Part shown: piece by piece, positions 52,916-62,301 of the stretch
Layout: each line of letters begins with the position of its first letter
Position numbering within the stretch: the first letter of the stretch is position 1
Source of the DNA: Phyllobates terribilis
Taxonomy: Eukaryota
NCBI RefSeq assembly: GCF_046119375.1
Contig: NW_027362765.1
Location: forward strand, 257,114,001 to 257,178,000
Length of the DNA stretch: 64,000 nucleotides
Direction of reading: 5' to 3'
Notes under the pieces: generated by a model
Seen by the model: only the letters and a program-made list of their open reading frames with translations
Told to the model about the DNA's origin: nothing
The model's database searches: none
Made by a program: the position numbers and the translations under genes

Positions 52916-54742
52916 TCAACGACGGCTCCCTCCTGCTTTTTCTTGATATGGTGTTGCTTCAGACCCGTCCGGGTCCTCTGGCTCCTCCTCTCCGTACCGC
53001 AACTCCTCCTCCGTCAAGCGGTGTACGTGGAGGGCGTAAGGTCCTTTGGCACACTTGTGCCGGGTGAAAGTGACTTCGTCTCCGACGTAGAGGTCACGGC
53101 CTTTGTGACCTTCCGGCAGGTGGGACTCGACGTCTCTGCGAGTCACAAAAACGTCACCGCGGTTGTTACGGTCCCGAATAAAGCCCCACCCATGCTGCGG
53201 GTTGAACTTTATCACTGTCCCGATGGTGCGGGGACAATGCGCTGCACGGGGGTTCCTCCTAGTCCGGCTCTTCTGCTCCGCGCTCCGGATTTGGGCCTGT
53301 TGTTCTCTGACCCGCCTCTCCTCCCGTTCTCTCTTAAACTCTGCTAGCTGCTGACGACAACACTCAGTACGCTCAGCGGCGACTGCCCGAGTTTCTCCGG
53401 TGAACCCCATCAAATCTTCTCCCGTGGGGTCCCACACGAATTGGGCTTCTTCTAAAGGAGGCGAGACCCGAGTCACGGGCTTCGGAGCCGGGATCAGGGG
53501 TTCACACAAGGGCCCTAGTCTTTGTTGCCGCTCCAGCTCATGGTATCCTTCGGGCCAGATGAAGGGTCGCCCGTCCGGCCATGTGAGCTGGCTGAAGAGG
53601 TCCTCCCCCAGGTGTGGCACCCTTGGTATTGCGGGCGCGGGCGCGGTGGTGGTGGCGCCCGGGTTGCCCAGGCCTTGCGGCCAGGCCTGGGGCACCTGGA
53701 AGGTGAAGGGCACCGTTAGGACGGCGGCGCCCTGGGCTACCTGGCCTTGCGGCCAGGCCGGAGGCTCCGCGGAGGTAGGGGGCGCTGTTGGTGGTGCGGC
53801 GCCCGGGGGTACTAGGCCTTGCGACCAGGCTGGTGGTAATTCCTGCTTTGTCACGCTCCGGGTCGAGGCGCGTGACGTCACAGGGGTCGCTGCGGTGGCT
53901 TCCGGTCGGGGCCTAGTCCATGGCGGTGACATGGCGGCTACGGGCACAGCAGGGGGACTTTCGGGCTCTGCGACGGGGAGCTGGGGCAGGTGGGCGGTTT
54001 CACGGCTTGGGGTATAGACGTCCCCTTTACCTGCCTCCATGCGTTCGGCTCCCTCCTCGGCGCCGTCTCCGGCCTTGGGTCCTCCCGCGCCATCCTCAGA
54101 GGCGGTCTGCTTCCTCTTCCAGGGTAGCGTGCTCCGTTGACTGGTCTCTGCTTGCTGGGCCATCTCCCGGCTCCACTCCGCCAGTATCTCACGCTGTACC
54201 CGGGCCATCCTCCTTGCGAGGCCCTCCAGGGCAGTTTGTGCACACTCCCGGTCTCGGGGGAGCTGCGCTAAGATCTCCGCTAGACCTAGCGGGGTTGTGG
54301 ACTCTAGCAGGCTCCTGACCATCGGGTCGGTGCTGCTCTGCTCTTCTTCCGGCAGGCTCCTGGCCAGCGGGCCGGTGCTGCTCTGCCCTCCTTCCTCGGT
54401 CTCTAGCAGACTCCTGGCCAGCGGGCCGGTGCTGTTCTGCTTTCTCTCCATCTCCGGGTGAGCTCCTCCGCTACTCCTCGTTAGACCTCTTGCCTCCGGG
54501 TGCGCTCGCTCCAGACTCCTCCAGGCGACACCCATCTTTGTTCTCTCCTTTCGTCTCCTCCCACTTCGAGGGCGGTCCCGGGGCAACTCGGTGACTGTCA
54601 GCTCCAGGGGTAGTTCTTTCACGCTGACAGACACCTCCAACATCACAGTCTCTGTTGGTGGGGGCGGTTTCCACTTTTGGCGCCATTTTCTGTCCTGGCC
54701 CACGATGGGAGGTGGCCTCCTGCCCTCCTTTGGCACGCCCAT
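52916..54742 (-). CDS. ~608-aa Pro-rich/coiled-coil protein with a C-terminal Y-box-like cold-shock domain (CSD at ~53015-53224) and an acidic tail
   Basis: Uninterrupted ORF. GTVIKFNPQHGWGFIRDRNNRGDVFVTRRDV...GDEVTF...KGPYALHV aligns to the CSD pattern (GTVKWFN..GYGFI...DVFVH...G..V.F...KG..A..V). The first ATG after the PBS is at 54742, and the frame is also open further upstream. Confidence 0.88.
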   Translation of the reverse strand: MGVPKEGRRPPPIVGQDRKWRQKWKPPPPTETVMLEVSVSVKELPLELTVTELPRDRPRSGRRRKERTKMGVAWRSLERAHPEARGLTRSSGGAHPEMERKQNSTGPLARSLLETEEGGQSSTGPLARSLPEEEQSSTDPMVRSLLESTTPLGLAEILAQLPRDRECAQTALEGLARRMARVQREILAEWSREMAQQAETSQRSTLPWKRKQTASEDGAGGPKAGDGAEEGAERMEAGKGDVYTPSRETAHLPQLPVAEPESPPAVPVAAMSPPWTRPRPEATAATPVTSRASTRSVTKQELPPAWSQGLVPPGAAPPTAPPTSAEPPAWPQGQVAQGAAVLTVPFTFQVPQAWPQGLGNPGATTTAPAPAIPRVPHLGEDLFSQLTWPDGRPFIWPEGYHELERQQRLGPLCEPLIPAPKPVTRVSPPLEEAQFVWDPTGEDLMGFTGETRAVAAERTECCRQQLAEFKREREERRVREQQAQIRSAEQKSRTRRNPRAAHCPRTIGTVIKFNPQHGWGFIRDRNNRGDVFVTRRDVESHLPEGHKGRDLYVGDEVTFTRHKCAKGPYALHVHRLTEEELRYGEEEPEDPDGSEATPYQEKAGGSRR

Positions 54743-54978
54743 AATGGCGTCCGCTGCTCTTCCAAGGCGGGAAATCTGCGGTTTTGGCGGGAAGCGTCGC
54801 CCAGTGGCGGGAAACTCTGCAGATGGCGGGAACAAGCTGGAAATGGCGGACAATCGGCGGGAAACGACTGGTGATGGAGTCCGATGGCGTGGACCCTCCG
54901 GAACCGGCGGGAGACTTCTTTCTGAGGTAAACTTGCACTTTTCTTCAGGCACGCAGTACCCGGGTGTTGCGGGCACGT

Positions 54979-54997
54979 AATCCTGCCGACTACGCCA
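54979..54997 (-). promoter_or_regulatory. Primer-binding site, tRNA-Ser (AGA/TGA-type)
   Basis: TGGCGTAGTCGGCAGGATT is complementary to ...AATCCTGCCGACTACG-CCA. An identical PBS occurs at 58288-58306. Confidence 0.88.
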
Positions 54998-57014
54998 AAG
55001 TTGACGCGCCCCCTGGGACATATTCCTTTTTGAGGGGAATACCCGGCACCGGATCAGATGGGGGGTTGTAGTCTCCGAGCGGCTGTGACCCGGCCCCGTG
55101 CCCAGGGCGTCAAGCTCAGTGTTATGTGGCAGTCCTACAGATGTTATTAAGAGTTCTTTTGTGTCGACTACGCCACCCGTTGTGATGCGGTCACTGTGGC
55201 CGCCGCTGCAGCAGGGTCCGCTGAGGCTGATGGTGGATGCGCAGCTTGGTGGGATAACCCCCAACGGGAGGGGTATAGCCTCAGAGGGGACAGGCGCAGA
55301 GGATGGGGGTTGTGGTGGTGCGGTGCAGCCGGCAGTGAAGACAGAGTCGGGTTGTGCAGTTAAGGGTGTTTACTTACTGCAGATGTTGTACTGGTCACTC
55401 CAGCTGCTAGTGACCACCCGAGCCGTGCTGCGTCCACCAGGTCCTGGATCCAGCCAACCCCCAAACAAGTCCGGAGCGTGGCCCTGAGCTCTCCCTCTGT
55501 CCTTTCTTCAGCCGTCCCCACCAGTGATTCACCTAGGTCCAGCTCCCTCGGGCCTTCTGTTGGGACACCCTTGGCCCTGGGTTCCCTGACCCTTCATGTG
55601 GTGTGCCTTCGGGGTGAATATGGTGGGTGACCGTGGCAAACGCTGCCCACGATCTCCGGTCTCTGGCTAGGGATTGTTTTTGCCCCCACCAGCTTGGGTT
55701 CCGGTACCCTGATGCTGACTCCTCACCCGGTGCTCTAATTTGGGTTCTTGGGTCCCTTCAGTCTTCCCCCTCTGGGTCTTTCTCTGCTCCACTCTCTCTC
55801 TCTCCAGGGCTGCTGTTTCCTTCTCTCTCCTCTCCAACTCACTTTCTGCGTCTGAACTTGTCCTCTGCAGCTGACTGACCCTGATCTAAGTTGGTGCCCT
55901 CCTTATATATCCCTCTATGTGTGAGCTCAGGTGACCAGCACCCAATGAGCTCCTATCACTACCCAGACTGCTCCCCCTATCTGCCCCTACACTACATGGG
56001 ATGTACCACCCCCCTCCCACTCCAGCCAGGAACAGGCTCGGTTGTACCTGCACATTTCTAAGTGGGAGTACCGTCGGCCTGCTCCTCTGAAATGGGATGT
56101 ATGTAGTGCATGCAGTCTATCTGAGCTCAGTTCCACACTCCATCCTTACCCGGGAGTGGAATATCACACCTCTGGGTTGAGGTGCAATACCCCTGTAGCA
56201 GCCGAACCCTCAGGGTGCTACAATTGTGTTTATATTGTGCCGTTTGTTGCTATGCAATAAGGTTTGCGCTCTTTAGAATTTGTCCTTCCTCTCTCCTTGT
56301 CTCTCTCTGATGTCAGTAACACCTCCCTTCTTCCTCATTCACTGTATATCAGCCATCTTAGAAGCTCATGTGTTTCTGAAAAGTTTTTTTTACCTACTGT
56401 AACTGTGCATAACTACAAGAATTCAGCTGGAAAATAAACCTTCTTCTGGAATCTTTATATATGCTTCCTGCAGTCGAGTTCAAGCTATCTGAGGACATCA
56501 CTCTGTGTGAGTAACGGTTGATAGAGGCAGCCTAGAACTGGTGTCTCAAGCTCTCTACACTTGCAGCTTAGTTATTGAGTAAGAATACTTTTCTTTTTCC
56601 CTTCCCTTCGCTTTCGTTTCCTGCAGACCTTCTGAGCCCTGTACCTTCTTGGTAGGCGATATTATCCTCTAACTTGTCTTCTTCAGAGAATGGACATGCA
56701 ATCTGAATATGCTATCCTTGAACTGTTGACTTTTCTGCCTCGTCCCCAGATTATCTTCTTTCTTTAGATGAGAGAATCTATTTTGCACGGAATGAGTTTG
56801 GTACAAATCTTTCTTCACTCATCAGTTTGTAAATACAACTAATTTGGGATTAGTTTTCTGCTGATCGCCCAAAATGGCCACTGCCAGGTTAATAGGTAGC
56901 ATAAGACAGAGGAGAAGACTGGATAATATGTCAGAGAAGAAGGATGTATCACATGAACTCGGATGCGGCTGGGCAGGCTTCCCAATAATGCCTTGCAGTT
57001 ACTCCACACGATAG

Positions 57015-60000
57015 TGTAGCACCCCGAGGGCTCGGCTGCTACAGGGGTATTGCACCTCGAACCAGAGGTGTGGTATTCCACTCCCGGGTAAGGATGGAGT
57101 GTGGACTAGAACTCAGTTAGCTGCATGCACCACACACACCCCATTTCCGAGGAACAGACCGACGGCACTCCCACTAGAAAGATGTGCAGGTACGACAGCT
57201 TCTGTTCCTGGCTGGAGTGGGGAGGGGGAGGAAAACCCAGTGGTGTAGGAGCAGATAGGGGCGGGTTTCTGGGCATAGGAAGGAGCCCATTGGTTGCTAA
57301 TCACCTGGGCTCGGATGTCAGAGGGAGTATAAAAGTTGGGCACCATCTTAGGAGTGAGTTCAGTTGAGTCAGACAGAAGAAGAGGGAGAAGAGGAGTGAC
57401 AGGGAGCAGCAGCCCTGTCTGGGTGCTGCCCCTGGAGGGAGCAAGAGTGAAGAAGAAAGGAACAAGAAGCAAGGAAAGAATGAAACATAAGAAAAGGCCC
57501 AGAGACATGAAGCAAGAAGGAACCCGAACACGCTAGGAGTCAGCGGGTGAAGGGTTGGCAGATCAGGGTACCGGATCCCAAACTGGTGGAGGCCACTTAT
57601 CCTCAGCCAGGAACCGGAGGATGTGGCCACGTCTTGGCGCGACCACTCACTACACTCACCACGAAGGCATGCCACATAGGGTCAGGGAGACCGGAGAAAG
57701 GTTTCGCCATCAGAAGGCCTGAGGAAGCTGGACATGGGTGGGTCCCTAGTGGGGACGGCCAGAGAAAGGAACGGGGAAAGGAGTTCAAGGTCACACTCTG
57801 GAACTGCCTGGGGGTTGGTCGAGCCCCGTACCTGGTGGACGCAGCACGACTCGGGTGGTCCTACTGTGCACGGACGACCTGGTAAAGAACTGTGAGTAAA
57901 GCTTTTGAAACTGCACTTCAAGCCTCCGTGTTTCGTCGTCGCACCTGCACCATCAGTACTGGGACACCCGCACCATCACTCCCATTGTCATTTCTTTCAT
58001 AGCTGCCCTGAGGCCATACCCCTCCCGTTGGGGGTTATACCATCCACGCTGCACATCCGTACCACCGGCCTCAGCGGACTGCCCTGCAGCGGCGGCTTCA
58101 TAGCCGCATTCAACGGGTGGCGTAGTCGGACACTAATACCATCAAATCAATAGCGCCACTTAGTTTGACCACCCTGGGCACGGACCGGGTCACCGCCACG
58201 AGGACTACTACCCCTATCTGATCCGGCTCCGGGTATTCCCCGCGTGCGCAACGCTACCCAAACATGGCCCAGGGGGCGCGTCAACTTTGGCGTAGTCGGC
58301 AGGATTACGTGCCCGCAACCACCGGGTACTGCGTGCCTGAAAAAAGAGACTTTTATACTTGCCTGTGGTGAAGTTTTCCGCCGTCCGGAGTCGTTTCCCG
58401 CCATCTGGAGCCGATTCCCGCCATCCGACGCCATCTTCTGCCTTCTTCCCGCCATCCGTGGAGTTTTCCCACCATTGGACGCCATCTTGAGGACGCCGCG
58501 CGGGAAGAAGAGGGGCGTGGACTCCGAAAGCCCGCGAGAACTGAAGCCCCGCCTCACGTCCGGACGTTGCGTAAGGTCCTGGAAGGAGCCCAGCAGACGC
58601 CGACGTCACAGGAGCGCGACGGAAGGTCCTCAACCCTGACGATCCACTGCGTAGCCGCGGCCTACGGAAGAGGATCATCACAAGGTAGGCCACGGTCCAC
58701 TAGGGGGGAGGAGGATGTCGGATACGGAGGAGAGCTTCACTACCGCAGCCACCATCCAGCACTGCGTCCATCCCGAGAGGCAGCAGAAGCGGATCGGAGG
58801 CCGAGGATGACGCCGCGGGGGAGGCCGCAACGACAAGTAAGGGGAACGCCGTTACTCCGGGCCCTGAGGCCGCGGACCTGCCCCTACCTCCCGCCGCGGA
58901 ACCCGAAGCTCTGGGTGCCGCACCGCCCGCCGTGCCTCCATCACCAGCAGTTAGCCCTCCAGCAGCATGCTCTGCAGCGGAGCCTCGCCCAGGACCGTGC
59001 TCCCCAACATCGGGCACGATCAGAAAGTCACCGGCCTGGTTGAAAGGCCGAGTGCCCGCGGGCGCTTCACCCCAGCCGGGGCCCCCAGTCGTACCACCAT
59101 TGGGGAAAGACCTGTATGAGCAGCACACCTGCCCGGAGGGGACACCATTCGTCTGGCCGCCTGAATACACCAACCCCCGCTCCAGGAAGAGTCACCCCGT
59201 AGGAGCAAGGGCCCCAGATGAACCGTTAATCCCAGCTCCGGAGCCGTGGACCTCTCTTCACCCCCGCTGGAAGACGCCAATTCGAAGGGGACCCCACTGG
59301 AGAAGACCTGATGGGGTTCACTCAGGAGACCCGGGCGGGCGCCGTCCGGCGCTATGGGACCTGCCGCCAACAACGGGCAACGGTTGAGCGGGAGCGGAGA
59401 GAGAGGAAAGTGAAGGAGAAGTGGCTCCACATTAAAAACGTGGAGCAGAAGACAAGGGCCCGCCAGGACCCCCCGTACAGCTCACGGTCCCCGAGTCACC
59501 GGGACTGTTGTTAAGTTTCATATGGCATGTGGCTGGGGCATCATTTAAAACCCGAAGACCATGAGCCAGGTGTTTGTAAACAGGAGCGACGTAGAGTCCC
59601 ACCTACCGGAGGGGCACAGTGGACGGGACCTGGTGCCTGGAGATACCGTCACCTATACCAGGCATAAGGGAGTGAAGGGGTGGTGCGCCCTTCATGTCCA
59701 CCGGGTCAAGGAGGAGGAGGAGTTATCGTACCAGGAGGAGAAGAAAGAGGGCCCGGACGGGTCTGAACCTGAGGAAGAGGAAGGAGCGTGTGGAGGATAC
59801 CGTAAATCGTAAACGGTAAAAGAGGAGATGTAAATAGTTACCCGATCGGGTATAAGGACTGTTGTGAGACTGTTTCCACAAAGAGTGTGGTCCCCGTTGG
59901 GACAGAAAGAGAACTGTTGCCTGTTTTGCCCTAATCCCTAACCTGACCGAGGACTGAGAGCGGTCATCCTTTCCCTCTACCTGGCTGAGGACTGACAGCG

Positions 60001-61580
60001 GCCAGATCCCAAGGAGTCAAGAATGTTGAAAATGTTTTATATGAAAAATGTCTAAATGTGAAAGTTTTACAATGCCTCTAAAAGTAACGATGCTGAAGTT
60101 TTATATATCGTGTTTTCTACAAAAGAGTTCCCGTGGCATTAGCAAAAGCGTTGATATCAGTAACGTTAAAGTGAAAAGAGTACCTCCCATAAAGGGATGA
60201 TTTGAAAGTTAATGTCTTATTTATGAGTGTACACTTTAAAATTTTTGTAAGTTTGTAATTGTTTTGCTCTGTTTCAGCCCGAGGACGTGCTGTGATTTAC
60301 CAGAGGGGAATGTAGCACCCCGAGGGCTCGGCTGCTACAGGGGTATTGCACCTCGAACCAGAGGTGTGGTATTCCACTCCCGGGTAAGGATGGAGTGTGG
60401 ACTAGAACTCAGTTAGCTGCATGCACCACACACACCCCATTTCCGAGGAACAGACCGACGGTACTCCCACTAGAAAGATGTGCAGGTACGACAGCTTCTG
60501 TTCCTGGCTGGAGTGGGGAGGGGGAGGAAAACCCAGTGGTGTAGGAGCAGATAGGGGCGGGTTTCTGGGCATAGGAAGGAGCCCATTGGTTGCTAATCAC
60601 CTGGGCTCGGATGTCAGAGGGAGTATAAAAGGTGGGCACCATCTTAGGAGTGAGTTCAGTTGAGTCAGACAGAAGAAGAGGGAGAAGAGGAGTGACAGGG
60701 AGCAGCAGCCCTGTCTGGGTGCTGCCCCTGGAGGGAGCAAGAGTGAAGAAGAAAGGAACAAGAAGCAAGGAAAGAATGAAACATAAGAAAAGGCCCAGAG
60801 ACATGAAGCAAGAAGGAACCCGAACACGCTAGGAGTCAGCGGGTGAAGGGTTGGCAGATCAGGGTACCGGATCCCAAACTGGTGGAGGCCACTTATCCTC
60901 AGCCAGGAACCGGAGGATGTGGCCACGTCTTGGCGCGACCACTCACTACACTCACCACGAAGGCATGCCACATAGGGTCAGGGAGACCGGAGAAAGGTTT
61001 CGCCACCAGAAGGCCCGAGGAAGCTGGACATGGGTGGGTCCCTAGTGGGGACGGCCAGAGAAAGGAACGGGGAAAGGAGTTCAAGGTCACACTCTGGAAC
61101 TGCCTGGGGGTTGGTTGAGCCCCGTACCTGGTGGACGCAGCATGGCTCGGGTCGTCATCACCTGCAGGACTGACGTTAATAACAACTGTGAGTAAAGCAT
61201 TGAAAACTGCAATCAGTCTCAGTGTTCCATCGCACCACCAGCACCATAGGTACCGGGACGCTCTTACTATCACTCCCTTCACCCGCACCAGCTGCCCTGA
61301 GGCTATACCTCTCCCGTTGGGGGTTATACCACCATAGCTGCACATATATACCATCGGCCTCAGCGGACTGATTTGCAGTGGCGGCCTTGCGACCGCAAAT
61401 CAACGGGTGGCGTAGTCGGACACTAATACCATCATACCAATAACTGCCACTTAGTTTGACCACCCTGGGCACGGACCGAGTCACCGCCACATGAAGACTA
61501 CTACCCCCATCGGATCCGGCTCCGGGTATTCCCCGCGCGCACGCGCGCCGTACTACAGCACTGGCCCAGGGGGTGAGTCA
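57015..61580 (+). mobile_element. Second subfamily of the CSD-carrying LTR element (4566 bp), TSD ATAG
   Basis: LTRs at 57015-58283 and 60311-61580, PBS at 58288-58306 and PPT at 60299-60310. ATAG occurs at 57011-57014 and 61581-61584. Confidence 0.95.
58600..59812 (+). pseudogene. Disrupted homolog of the CSD protein
   Basis: Conserved blocks KGNAVTPGPEAADLP, GKDLYEQHTCPEGTPFVWP, EPLIPAP, DLMGFTQETRA and GTVVKFHMACGWGII*NPKTMSQVFVNRSDVESHLPEGHSGRDL. Has frameshifts and a TAA at 59546. Confidence 0.88.
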
Positions 61581-61965
61581 ATAGCACAGCCAATCATGAG
61601 GGGCTATGAGTCCAGAGGTCCTTGATGACTCATTATCGCTATAAAAGCCTAAGTAGAAGATGCTGCTGCTACTTTCTGGGGAATGTTGATAGGTGAGGAG
61701 ACCTCAGAACTCAGCCAGAGAGATATACTACCCATTGTGAGGATTAGTGTATGAAGAAAAGAGAATAGATACATTAAATTATAAGAAATTTATATAAAAA
61801 GGAGAGAGGGAGGAGACACTGAATTTAGTGAGGTACGACACTCTTTTTTTTGGACCGGGCCAGTGGCTGAATTTGCATCTTCCAATGTTGCTGTCTATTC
61901 AGTGCAGGCTGAATGGTGTCTGTAAAAAATGTCTGAGAGAGTGGCAGTGGATGAGATAATATTAA

Positions 61966-62301
61966 AGGGAATCTGTCATATGATTTTTCTGCCCAAACTA
62001 TGGGTAGCATAAATCGGAGCCTGGCAGCATGATTGCACCTAGATATGTTTTTTCTCTGAACCAGCATTTCAGAGAAAATATAGTTAAAAGATCTGGCCAT
62101 CTGGCTATGATCCATAGCTGGAGATGAGACTGGTCTTGTACTGTCCCTAGTCAGCTTTTTCCTGCACTGCTCTAGGTGATTGACAGGTCTCTTGCAATGG
62201 AATTTTCTAATTATACTCTCTCTGAAACACTCAGGCTGCCACCAGGCTCTGATTTAAGCTGCTTGTAGTTTGGGCAGCATGAATTAAGTGGTAGATTCCA
62301 T
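61966..62301. mobile_element. T2/Kolobok-type MITE
   Basis: TTAA|AGGGAATCTGTCA ... GGTAGATTCCAT|TTGA, with a degenerate right TSD. Confidence 0.55.

Larger units (their letters stand above)
51224..56222 (-). mobile_element. Young LTR element (4999 bp) without gag/pol motifs, encoding a cold-shock-domain protein; TSD ATTG
   Basis: 1221-bp LTRs at 55002-56222 and 51224-52444, with no difference found by eye. PBS at 54979-54997, PPT at 52445-52456 and ATTG on both flanks. Confidence 0.97.

Noticed and set aside
54743-55264. N-terminal 174 codons of the 782-aa ORF call
   Set aside because: They run through U5 and the PBS of the 5' LTR, and the same frame start also appears in the 3' LTR. This is probably a chance open frame in GC-rich DNA, so the CDS was started at 54742. 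A non-AUG or spliced start cannot be excluded.
57015-61580. DIRS/Ngaro-type split repeats as an explanation for the discordant LTRs
   Set aside because: The element has TG...CA direct LTRs, a tRNA PBS, a PPT and a 4-bp TSD, all indicating integrase-type LTR retrotransposition. No tyrosine recombinase is present.
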